From Antedon mediterranea (taxonomy: Eukaryota; Animalia; Echinodermata), in contig NC_092670.1 of assembly GCF_964355755.1 (NCBI RefSeq), forward strand, positions 19,144,795-19,208,794: a DNA stretch of 64,000 bases. The letters are read 5' to 3'. The position numbers and the translations under genes are program-made. Shown one piece after another: positions 1-11,900 of the stretch (position 1 is the first letter of the stretch; every line of letters begins with the position of its first letter). Under the pieces are notes generated by a model that was not told the DNA's origin, did not search any database, and saw only the letters and a program-made list of their open reading frames with translations.

Positions 1-29
1 AAATGAGCAGACGATAGCAAGGGAACCTC

Positions 30-228
30 AAGCTGATTGGTTAATACACAAAGGGGCGGATACAAGCTCATTGACTGGCCAATAGTTGGGTTAGGCCCTC
101 CCATTGAATAATCGCTATCTTTGTGGATTGTCTGTATCGCTTTGCATTGGTTGCATTTCTCGCAATCAAACGGCTGCTTGTTTTTAGGATCTTCTCGATC
201 CTCTTCCCTTTCTTCTTCTGATCCGGAG
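30..228 (+). promoter_or_regulatory. Probable main promoter and non-coding first exon of the myosin heavy chain gene
   Basis: ATTGG/CCAAT boxes (36-40, 79-83) and a GC box GGGGCGGA (53-60) are followed by a strong donor GAG|GTAAGT at 228/229. The next downstream acceptor (CAG ending 2842) opens the ATG-containing myosin exon. Linkage to the myosin gene is inferred. Confidence 0.55.
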
Positions 229-1561
229 GTAAGTTTATTGTTGTACCAAAATAAGTTTTTTTTTGCGAGTTACCAAGTTCTTATTTGGATTTTATACAAG
301 TGCACGAAGTTTTTCTGTCGGATATTTATAATCATCTTGTGCATTTTTATGTGTTGTATGTTGCTTATCATCGTCGTCGGTTTGCTGTTTTGAAGATTTT
401 ACTGTAAGAATGTTCTTTGTTTGTTATTATTTATTAGCTTAAAGGGGTATGAAATGATTTACGGTTTAAGCCATAAGTTTAACGTATACATTTTATTGAT
501 ACATTACCCCTTTTAAATAGACTGCAACGTCGTAGAGTAGGCCTACAGCTTTTTTTCAAAATAATTTTCTTTATGATAAGTTATACGGTAAGTTGTTTAA
601 GTATGACGTGTTTATCTATGATGCATTCGCTTGTCTATTCACCTCAATATCTGATTTGAATAGAAATAGTTAGACTATAGTGAGTGCAAAAAGTATTTTC
701 TATCACAAAATATGATAAATTGTAGATCTATCTACAAATTTAGGCCCTATATAGTCTAGGCGTGTGTCGTGTGTAATCTACTATTATTAGGTCCACACAC
801 GTGTGTAAATAATACATTTCTAGATATAGAATTAGTTGCAAAATGTTTATAAATCAAAATATTTGTGTTTACAATTACCAATAATAACCTAAATATAAAG
901 TATATTAATATGAGGGACAAGCGCGTGTTTTTGCGTGTGTAGGGGCGGTGGGGAGGTGCATAAAATAGAAGATGCATAATAAAAACTTTGAACCAATCAC
1001 CGAAGACAATTCGGTTAATAAGTAGGCGTAATGAGAATTTTATAAAAGCTAACATTTATTATTAATTATATGTTTAATAGTATTCTTCTGTAGAAAATGC
1101 AGAATATCAGATTAAGTAATTATTTTTTTTGATCAACTAGACTGTAAATTTAGTAGCTTTCTAATGATCTAAAAGAGGAAAATGTCCGACTGCGGTGGCG
1201 GGCTTTTAGAAGACAATTTTCATTGACAGCATGTGCAATTGAACATAGTTTTTTAAACAGCTGCTGTTTACATTTTATACCCTTGGGGTTTATAGACATA
1301 ATATTATACTATTCCAGAATAGAATATATTCACTCATGATAATGATATTGACCATCTTAAAAATTAAGGTATTTAATTACTGTAAGTGACTTTAGGCCTA
1401 GGCTAGGCCCTGCCTGAGTCAGTGTCACTCACATGGCAGTGTGGTAGGTCTGTGGGGCCTAGGGGTTCCCATGATTACCGCCATGCCGGTTTGCGGTAGG
1501 CCTAGCCTAGGTCTGTTGTATGTTTCATTTTCCTTTTCATCAACACTAAGGTAGGGATTGT

Positions 1562-2400
1562 GGTTTTTAAAAAAACGCTGTGGCTAAAGATACGGTACCG
1601 TATTCTAACTTCTGTTTACTAAAGATACGGTAAAATTGCATTACGTCATAACCAGCCAATGGGGTGCTGGTACGTGTGTGACGTCATCGTATAAGGACTT
1701 TGTGGATTTTTTTCATATCGCGAAAACCATGGAGGTATGGCGAAAACAGTGATCAACCGCATTTTCTTTATGCTTTATTTATCGCTATTATCGCCGTCGT
1801 GTGTGACAAAAACTAAATGTAGCCTACGTCTGTTATTATTATTGAAAAGCCATGTTGATTTTAATTCTAGAATAGAGAAAACCGTTTTAAAAGAGGCCTA
1901 GGCCTACTTACTACGTACTATGTATAACCTCATTATATGAGTTTGTTTGTGTAGGGAAAGCGATGCCAGGCTGTGGCCAGCTGCATATGTGTGCTGTGCG
2001 CTGATTTCTGTGACTCGTCAGCCCTGGGGCTACACTGCTGTCTAAATCATAGTATTTAAGGGCCCCTTTATTGTCCGCATTTGCTTGTTGTTTATGGTCA
2101 CCATTGTAAACAAAGTTTTAAAAAAATATAGGCCTAAATAGGCCATTTTGAATAAAAAAAAAACCCTCATCTGCAGCGCACACACATCCACGCAGCCTGG
2201 CGCCGCCGATAGGAATTCTCTACATATATACAACCAACAACAGACGCGATATGAAAAAAAATCCAAAGTCCTTATACGATGACGTCACACACGTACCAGC
2301 ACCCCATTGGCTGATTATGACGTAATGCAATTTTACCGTACCTTTAGTAAACAGAAGTTAGAATACGGTACCGTATCTTTAGCCACGGCGTTAAAAAAAC
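1562..2400. mobile_element. Non-autonomous DNA transposon / foldback element with ~150-bp terminal inverted repeats
   Basis: 1574-1722 (aacgctgtggctaaagatacggtaccgtattc...tttcatatcgcg) is the near-perfect reverse complement of 2245-2392 (cgcgatatgaaa...gaatacggtaccgtatctttagccacggcgtt). No transposase ORF inside. Confidence 0.85.
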
Positions 2401-2903
2401 GAAGCTCATGTTGGTTTTTCTATATTTATGCTTTGGCATGTATGAGATGACACAATATTTTGCGAATGGTCCTCACATTATTATAACAATCGCAATAAAG
2501 TATAAGATAACGAATGATAAAAAAACCCGGCCTAATACTTGTCCTCAAGACAATGGTGAGTATACACAAAAAGGTTGTAAATGAAAACCATAACTCCCAG
2601 CTTTCTATAACCTCATCACCATGCCAACCAGCCAGTAAGTGTGTTAATGCAAATTACATTTTTTATCTGACCAATGGGGGCTGGTTGGACACCCGTTCTT
2701 TACTCTCAGTTCTGTATCTGTTTGTAGTGTGTGTACTTCATTTATGGGACTAAACTTTAATCCATACAACAATGTAATGACAGAATCTTTTAGACTTTCA
2801 GTTCTTAAAAAGTTCAATAAACAAAAAATTCTCTTTCTTCAGATTTCTGCTCTTTCGCTGTTCTTTTTTTGGAAGTCCGTAAGGAAATCAAAAAACAATC
2901 AAT

Positions 2904-5900
2904 ATGGGTGATGATCCAGAACAATACTTGAGGCTTGACCCCAAGGCCCAGATGGAGGCTACAACTCAGGCTTTTGACAGTAAGAAGAACTGCTGGGTTC
3001 CTGATGAGAAAGAGGGCTTTGTAAAAGCTGAGGTCCTCTCCACAAAGGGAGACATGGTTACAGTAAAGACCGTTACTGGAAAGGTCAGTACTACTGTCAC
3101 CTATCATAGATGTATCTATGTATACATACTTTTATATTGGTTTAAACTTATATTCCATTCAATCTGTGTGATAAATAAAGCTAAAAAAGTCCATTTCTAT
3201 ATAATATAAATATCTGTTTCTTCAACTTAAATCACAGCCAAGGGAAATAAATAAATGCTGTTTTATCTAGAGAGCATGGACTTACTCTAAAAGAAAATTT
3301 ACAAATGATGCAAATTATTAAGTCATCAAATAAACAATGCCTATATATCCTGTATATAAAAACATTTTCAAGATTAAGAAATAACAATTTTGTTTTATTT
3401 TTATAGCAAGTAACACTTAAAAAGGATGATACACAACAAATGAATCCTCCCAAGTTTGACAAAAGTGAGGATATGGCCAGTATGACCTTCTTGAACGAAG
3501 CTAGTGTACTCGGAAATCTCAGACAAAGATACCAATCCGGTCTCATCTACGTAAGTTACTTTATTTTTTTTATAATAGTGATGATGTAATATATGCAAAA
3601 ATGTATTGTGTGCGCCAATTCAAGCATTTTACATTGATGTAGATTGATTGAATTGATTGAAATTTATATTTATACTGGGTAACCTCTTCAATCAAAGACT
3701 GGTCTCCCAGAGGGCCCAGTTGGTGATCAGTGGCTGTGATGTACTAATACACCGGGGTAACCCCCTACTCGTCTCGAAAGATGTACTAGGTTCTTTTAAA
3801 GTGCACACGAGCTAGATGTGTACACTGGACCTACGGTTTATAGTCCTTATCCGAGAAGACTCGTTCTACCACCAGAACCATGGAGTGAGTGAGCCTCGAA
3901 CCCCTGCCGATGTTATGGCTACGTAATTACGGTTCCACTGTCTTAACCGCTCGGCCACTCACTCACCCGCCACTCGCTCGGCCACTCACTGTAGCCACGA
4001 GAAATAAGGTAGTCCGGTTTTCGCAAGAAAAGAGAATAATCTCTGTTCAAGCCACTGTTGCCTCTGTGAAAAAGTAGTCGGGTTGAAAGCTTACCAACCA
4101 TTCTGGTGGCTACGACCCTGTTTAAAAATAAAAAATAACCAGGTTAAAACAATTTAAATTAAGGATTTCAAATTAGTTTTAAATCAGTTTAAATTTGAAG
4201 ATCTGATTTTGAAGATTAGCTTAGAGCAGGTTCAGATATGGGAATCATCGACTTCCAATCTCTAAAAGATACAGTAATGAAGATGAAACCAAATGTACTT
4301 TATGTAACCAAAACGCTACTGGAGATGAATACCACTATTTGTTCATTTTCCCCTTACTTTGCCCCATGCGCCAAATATACATTCAAAAGTATAATTATAT
4401 CACCTGCCCAAATAGAACCAAAATGCACCAATTACTTAATACCAGATAAAAAAAAAAAAATCAAACTAAATTTATTCATGAAATTTTGTATTTGTTTTAG
4501 TTAGATGTTGCTTTTCGATATATCATTTATGTATAAATAAGACCAAATATTTATGTCTGGAAGTGTTTATTTTTGTATTATATTGAAAGAATGTTCTTTC
4601 ATACCCTGAAAAAGGGTCAATAAAGAAATAAAGAATCATTGTCATTGTCAGCAAAAATAAAATAGAATTTGTGAATGACTAGTTGTAAAACAACTTAAAA
4701 TTAAACTAGCCTAGTAATCTAGCAAATACAATTTCAAAATGTGCGCCTTGATTGACTAGTACAGTAGTGGAATAATAGGCCTACCTGGATAATGATTATA
4801 AATTTGAACTAGAATAATGATATCGTGAACGATATCAAATAAACTACAGCGAGAGGATAAAGAACACCTCCAAACAAATGACATAAATAAAATAGATCAT
4901 GTAATAAATTAGCCCCTAGTTAAAGGGTTCATTCAGATATGTTGGAATGTCATATCTCGGCCATGTGGACAGAACAGCTGACATGGTGTTTCCTTATATG
5001 GAAAGGTCTGTATGTTGATGTGATGGTGTACTTCATTTGACCCTTTGACCTGAGCCCTGAACATGTGCTAATAGCTTCAATGTCCATCCTTATCAATATT
5101 GTTATATATTTCATGTACTGCCATAACCATGCATAGATATTTAATATATATAACAATGTTGTACAGTAGTCCTACAGTATATGCAAAGAAGGTCAATGAA
5201 TGATGCAGTTCAGCATACAGTAAACGCACAATGCCAGTACTGTACATCTTGGAAAGTTGAAAATAATATCGCTCAGTGTATTACTGAAATGTAATTTTGT
5301 AATTTTCAACACATCCAACAAACTTATTTTAACTCACCGATTACAGGATAAACTAAATGTTCGTATTAAACGGAAGTCTCATTTGAGACTTAGGAGGAGT
5401 AAAAACAGGTCAGGTTTGAATACGGGACAGTTCTGCAGCATATGAAAAATCTATTGGATATGTTGGCATGGCAATAACATTACAATTAATCATGATCTAT
5501 TTATCAGCATAGCAGACATTTTTAAACAAAAAGAATGATCAAAAAAAGAACTAAACTAAATTTCAAAGCATTTAGAACCCCGTTTCTACTAGAACCAGAA
5601 AGTAAACGGCCATTTTAAAGGTCACTGTGTTTGATTTTAAACATTGTAGATAGTAAGTCTATAAATATGAACCCACTTCAAATGAAAAGCAAACACAATA
5701 CATTGTAAACCCTCTTAAATAGAATAACTTAAGCTTCTTCTATGTCCGTCGTATTGCTCCCTCTGATAAATGCCAAGGGTACTTTTTTGATAAACTTAAA
5801 TTTTCCTCATAAGGTTTTTGAAACAAATAAGAAAATGTTTTAACAGAACTTAAATAAATATTATTGTTTAGTCTTAATTATTATTATTATTGAAAGCCCT

Positions 5901-8900
5901 ATTAATACATAATTACCCAGTTTTTGGTTCAATGTGCAGTGGCAAAAAATCAGTGCCCATAATTTTATTCCAAATTTATTTCAAGGAACAATAATCCATC
6001 CAATACTTCATGCGGTGCCCCAGGTCTCAAATTTAGTAACAGCATTGTTTTTTAAATTTCCAAGCCACTATGACATTATCCATAATTATAATTTGTCAAA
6101 TGTTTTAATAACCAAGTGTGGCTAATTTACTGTAGGGCTATGTAATTAAAATATTTCATCAAAACTCTACAAGATATGCACTAGGCATAATATCTTTTCA
6201 TTTCTTAATTCACTGTTTTAAATAATTGTTTTGATACTGAAGAAAAAATACTATAAATGTATACTGCCTGTAATTAATGAAACCATAGTACAGTAACTAG
6301 CTATGCTGGTAAGTTTGATGGCCTACAGCCAATTGGTAGCCTATATTTGGGCAGGGAATTCCAAGCCTGTAGAATGCCTTGAATGTTTCTGTGAATGAAG
6401 AAGACACACTTCTCATTATCTTATGCTACCAGCCAATCAGCAGCCTTCAATAAAAAACCAGGCAGCAGTAATTAAAACGGAAGAATAATTGCTAGCTCCT
6501 TAGATGTTTGTGATACTCTAGTGAATTTTTTGGCTTGATCATTTGTTGAAACTTATTCTCCTGAAATAATTTTATTCATTTATTTCGTTTATTCTTTATT
6601 TTATATTCAAATGTACATATACAGCATTACAGATACAAAGCTCTTTAACTAATAAATTACATGGATTTAATTAGCAATAATAACTTTAATATTTTTTATT
6701 TGCATTACACTACAGTATAGTCATTAATTAACAAAACAGAAAACAATATATCCTAATATTACAGTAAATATTATTACCATGTGATGCCAAACTAAATTTT
6801 AAATTCTTCACATTTTAAAATAAATTCTCATTTTGAAATCACTATTCATATGTTAATTATCTTTTTATATTTAAAGTAGCATATAAAATTCAAGATCTTT
6901 TGAAACTCAGAAAAAAAAATATTTCTGCTCTTTCTGGAAATTTGTTTATCTCTCAACAACACAGAATGGTCAGAATTGTCTCAATTGGCTACAATATTAG
7001 TCCCAAGTATCAACTGTATGATTCCTTTAATTGGTTTAATTAATGGTTCTTGAGGTTAAAGGAGGCTTGGCAGGTGTTATGCTTAAGTGTGTACTTACTT
7101 TATTGTTATCCACCTGGGGCTGTTAAGTGAGGAGAAAATAAATGACAGTTTAACCATGGTTTAAATGCCCATAAATAGCAATTACTTCTATTGGTATGTG
7201 CTTTACTGTATACCCATTGATGTACAGTACTTTGTATGCGTAATCCAGTATTCCAATCCTAAGCAGTTTAAAACAAATTCTAAATATACAGGCTTTTTGA
7301 TTTGAACGCAGTAAAAATTAAAATTTCATAAACTATCAAACCAATCGTTTTACACGTATTATTACACAAATACTTTACTGCGAAAGGGGAAAAAAACAAC
7401 CAGTGAACATAACTTTTTTTCAAAGTTTGATAAGCAATGGCTGTTTAATCTATCTGAAGTCTGAGCAAAAAGCATAGCTTTGTATTGCATTTTTTGTTAA
7501 CAATGTTATGAATGTGTAGCAATATTGTCAGTTTTATGTAGCACATATTGCTATGCTACACCTGATGGACATTGTACAAGAAATTGTACAAAAAAGTTAT
7601 TTAATGGAAATTTATGCCTGCTCCTCTGAAAATGTTAAGTTTTCACAAATCTATATCGTATATCTACTGTATACTGCACGTGTATTCGCATATATTGAGT
7701 TTATTACAAAGTACAGTATATACTTAAAAGGTTAACTAAGTAGTTAGTGTAGAAACTTGAGAACTCATTAATTGAATCTTGATCTGGTTTCTAGTGTTTG
7801 TTGTTCATAGAGTTGATTAAGTTTTGGTTGGAATGTTGGTGTTAATTTACTCCAATGATATCGGAGGTGAAAGGTTGACCTTCATTATGGTTGCCTATTT
7901 AACTGTTAAAACATACTCCCAATGTATTAATCGCTATCTTTTTAAAACATTTCTAAAAGAAGTGTATCCTGTTAATTTTCAAAGAATTCCATATTATTGT
8001 AGAATCTCTTTTAAGGGGACACCTTTATGACCCAACAATTAGTTAGTGTTGCCCGTTTTACTGCATATACTGTATTGGCTCCGAGTACAACTCCTGGAAA
8101 GTGTATTAGGCAAACACAGCATATGCAGTAGAACTAAAACATCCAGAGATTACAAAGTGTACTATTAATAGTAGTGTCCTATAAACAGGTGTTGGCCATA
8201 ATACTAGGACATATATTTCCCTTTATTCATTCGTTTCTCAGTGTCCCTTTATAGGGTTTCACTGTTATCTATTACAACATGGACTTATTGATTAGTAATA
8301 TACATAAATTATATATTAAAACACATATACTGTATATCTCCTCTTCTAATAGGGATTTCCATTGAATAGTGGTGTCCCAAAGGTGAATTTGTACTGTATT
8401 CCAACATGGGCTTATATTAAAAGATATATATATTAATTGTGGGCCGTAATATTTCTTACAGACCTACTCTGGATTGTTTTGCGTTGCTGTCAACCCATAC
8501 CGCAGACTTCCTATCTACAGCGACAAGGTAGTAGCTCTCTACCGTGGTAAACGACGTAATGAAATGCCACCTCACGTGTACGCCGTTGCTGACAACGCTT
8601 ACTATGACATGTTGCAAGGTAAAGATGAGATTATTAATATACAGATATGAGTTATTTATATTATAGATATAATAGTTCTATATTTATTAGTTATATACAG
8701 TATAGTGAATCTATTGGTAGAGAGAGAATGGTATTTTATGTAATGTTTTTAACCTTCTTATGCCCCTAGGGAAACATGTAAAATCAGTATTAAAAAACAT
8801 CATCTGTAAAGCCTACTGTCTGTAGAGACCATTATACATCATAAAGGACTGTGTTTTGTTTGCGGATCCTAAAATAAATTTGAATTAAAGAAAAGTTAAT

Positions 8901-11900
8901 AAGATGGTTTGTTTTCTTGTTTGATTTAACAAGGTTCCTTCTGATATGTTTACCGACGGTTTAATCTTTTGAAATATTAATATGAATATATAAAGATGGG
9001 AGGCAATAGCAAACAAATTAAGAGAAAGTATTAACTCTGTCAGAAAAATAAAACAGGGAGTTGATATAGTACCAAGCCAACAAACAACACATTTAATAAG
9101 AGCCACTGCATGCTTGATAACAATTTAGTACAATTAGTTTGGCCTAGCAGTATGTTATGAACTAAGGTATATAAAATTTGTTTAGTGTCTGCGAGCAGCT
9201 AACATAATTTGGTCACTCATTCTTGCATAATTGCAAGTGGTGTAATTACATAGCTAGTTACTATTACAAAATATGTCTTGTGTTGCACCCTTGGAGGCTA
9301 ATCTGAAATATCCTAAAGGGAATTTATGCCCATTAAGGCTTATTAGGAATCATTAAAGGTGAATTATGCTGGTATTACACACACTCTATGGGCCCGTTCG
9401 GACGGGACTGAAACTACCGTGTACTTCCAACTGTGAGGTCGCGTGTGGCAATTAACTTACGCCTCTGGCTATAAAAAATTAGAAAACCATCTGGACGAAA
9501 AATCCACCAACTTTACTGGTTATTTCAATCCCATTCCAATTACACGCTGCCTCGGGGTATAATTAATCAAGCGTTAACGGGATCATGTCAAATCGCGACC
9601 TCAAATAAGCTTTCTGATTGTTTAACAATTATTGTTTAAAATGTTCTTTTTCGTTAATGCGAATGTATATCTATTGTTTTGTAAAATTATATATAAATAA
9701 TCAACTCGTTGGTTTTTTTCCGGTGACCTGAACTTGCGAATCGGTGGCTTATAATGTACATGTAACGGCAGGGAGTTCTGTATTGTGGTAGCCTGGTGTC
9801 TGTGAATTACCACATCAACCGTTCGGCTCGCACGATAAGAGGGGTACAGTGCGTGTTAAATGGAATTTTTACAACAATAGTTCGGCTCGCACGATGAATA
9901 CACGTGGTGATTTTTACAAGAGGGGTACAGTGCGTGTACATTAAATGGAATTTCCACAACAATAGTTCGGCTCGCACGATAAATACACGTGGTGATTTTT
10001 ACAAGAGGGGTACAGTGCGTGTACATTAAATGGAATTTCCACAACAATAGTTCGGCTCGCACGATAAATACACGTGGTCAACAAACAACATACGTTAGCA
10101 GGATTTTCGATCATTATTTATTTAAAAAGTAAATTGTATTCGATGTATTATAAATATATAGGTCTGGTTGTCGATTGAAAAATAATAATTGAACGATTCG
10201 CGCGCGAAACGACATGCAATATCCAGTTGAATTTGTCAACACGCCATGTCAATTGATATGGGTCGACGCACAGAGGGCGCTTTTTGACCTAAGAATTCCG
10301 ATCTTAATTGGTTTCGTGTCAGCTTACCGGTACTTTGTTTATTCGTACGAACGTCGTATGGGTTTTACCCCAAGGGTAAAAACCAAATAAACGTGTATTT
10401 CAATCGCCGTACGAACACGGTCTATGATTAAAGGGACAGTCTCTTTTGTCCCACGTTTTAACAATAGTTTTTTTATACTAGGATGGTACACATTTACCTT
10501 TAGTATTTGAAAAATGATGTACCTTATTTAGGAGTAGGGGAGTCTCTCCATTTAAATAGTAATTCTTATTTTTTTTAATCATTATATTCTTTCCTCTGTT
10601 TTTGATATGTCGTCTTTTTAACTAATTATTGAACCAGTATTAAAGATTAGATATTTATAGAGAAATCAATACTATTGCTATAATTGACTTTCCCAACATA
10701 TTGTATAATAAATTTGCACTATATATAATGAACCATTTATTTTGGATGGGCTACTACTATTTATATCTGGCAGTATATGATTACATTATTAAATCTATCT
10801 AACATGCTTGAACGATTCGATGGAAGTTGTTGCCAAAGTCTCTTATTAATAGGCAATTTGTAACTAAGCTTCAACCTGCACATCCCATCTTCTAAACAGA
10901 TTTCTGAATATCTTGCCTTATTTGGTCATCTTCTCAAAGCAGCACTGTTAATATTAAATGTGTAAACTCGATATATGGCTTAGTTGATAGAATACATTCT
11001 TAAAAATACTTTATTCTTCTGGTCTTAGGTTTAAATCCTAGTCTATTCTCAAAATAACAAATACGTAATTCAAAATATTTTGTTTTTCCACAGACAATGA
11101 AAACCAGTCTATGCTGATTACGTAAGTTTAAAGATGCCTGATGGTGTGCTGGTGAAGTGTTTTTTACATTTTGTCTATTATATACATTCAAAGTTATCGG
11201 CAGACACTATAAAGTTTAATCTGTTCTATGAATAGTTTCATAGTTTAAAAAAACAATAAATAGAAAAGCAGAAGTTCATTGAGAAGAAAGATTTATTTTG
11301 GGGTGATGGAACAATAAGAAATCATTTATTTTGTTGTAATAATATTTATAGATGTTTATATGGACCCATTGTAACTATTAGAATAATTATTTTGGTCTGA
11401 AAGAAAATGATAAATCAAACCTGTTTTTTCCCCGTGATTTTAGAAAATTGCTTTAATCAATATGATTAATATTGATTATGATGTTCTTTAATGATTTTTT
11501 TTTGCTTTTGTTGTTGGATTTTGTAACCATGTATATTTTTATTCTCAACAGGCGTCGTCAGCATATTTGCTGTTGGATTTTTCTATTATTGATAATTTTT
11601 ATATTTTTCCTATTTTATTCATGGAAATACAGCTAATACAGCTATTTAAACAAAATATTGTTTTACTACCCTTTACATGGATTATTAAAATTAGTAATGA
11701 AACTATACTATATCTATATAAATATCACAATTATTGAAGCTGTAATATTTACTTTAAAATATTTTGTGATCTAAAATTTTTAATTTCTAAGATTTAGTTC
11801 AATTTAACAAAATTAATGCTGTATTCCCATGTTTCATCTTCTCTGGGTAAACAAACAAACGCACATTGCATGCTTGCATGGTTGTTAGAACAGTGGAAAT

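Noticed and set aside
121-393. 90-aa hydrophobic ORF at the window start
   Set aside because: Non-ATG start, runs across a strong splice donor into T-rich intron sequence, and has no recognisable domain.
3880-3967. tRNA-like sequence on the minus strand
   Set aside because: It is the head of a SINE, continuous with a repeat body that has a second copy at 55069; no convincing cloverleaf.
9821-10079. Repeat array superficially like CRISPR (also 22689-22931)
   Set aside because: Eukaryotic intron; units are contiguous tandem copies without unique spacers, and there are no cas genes.
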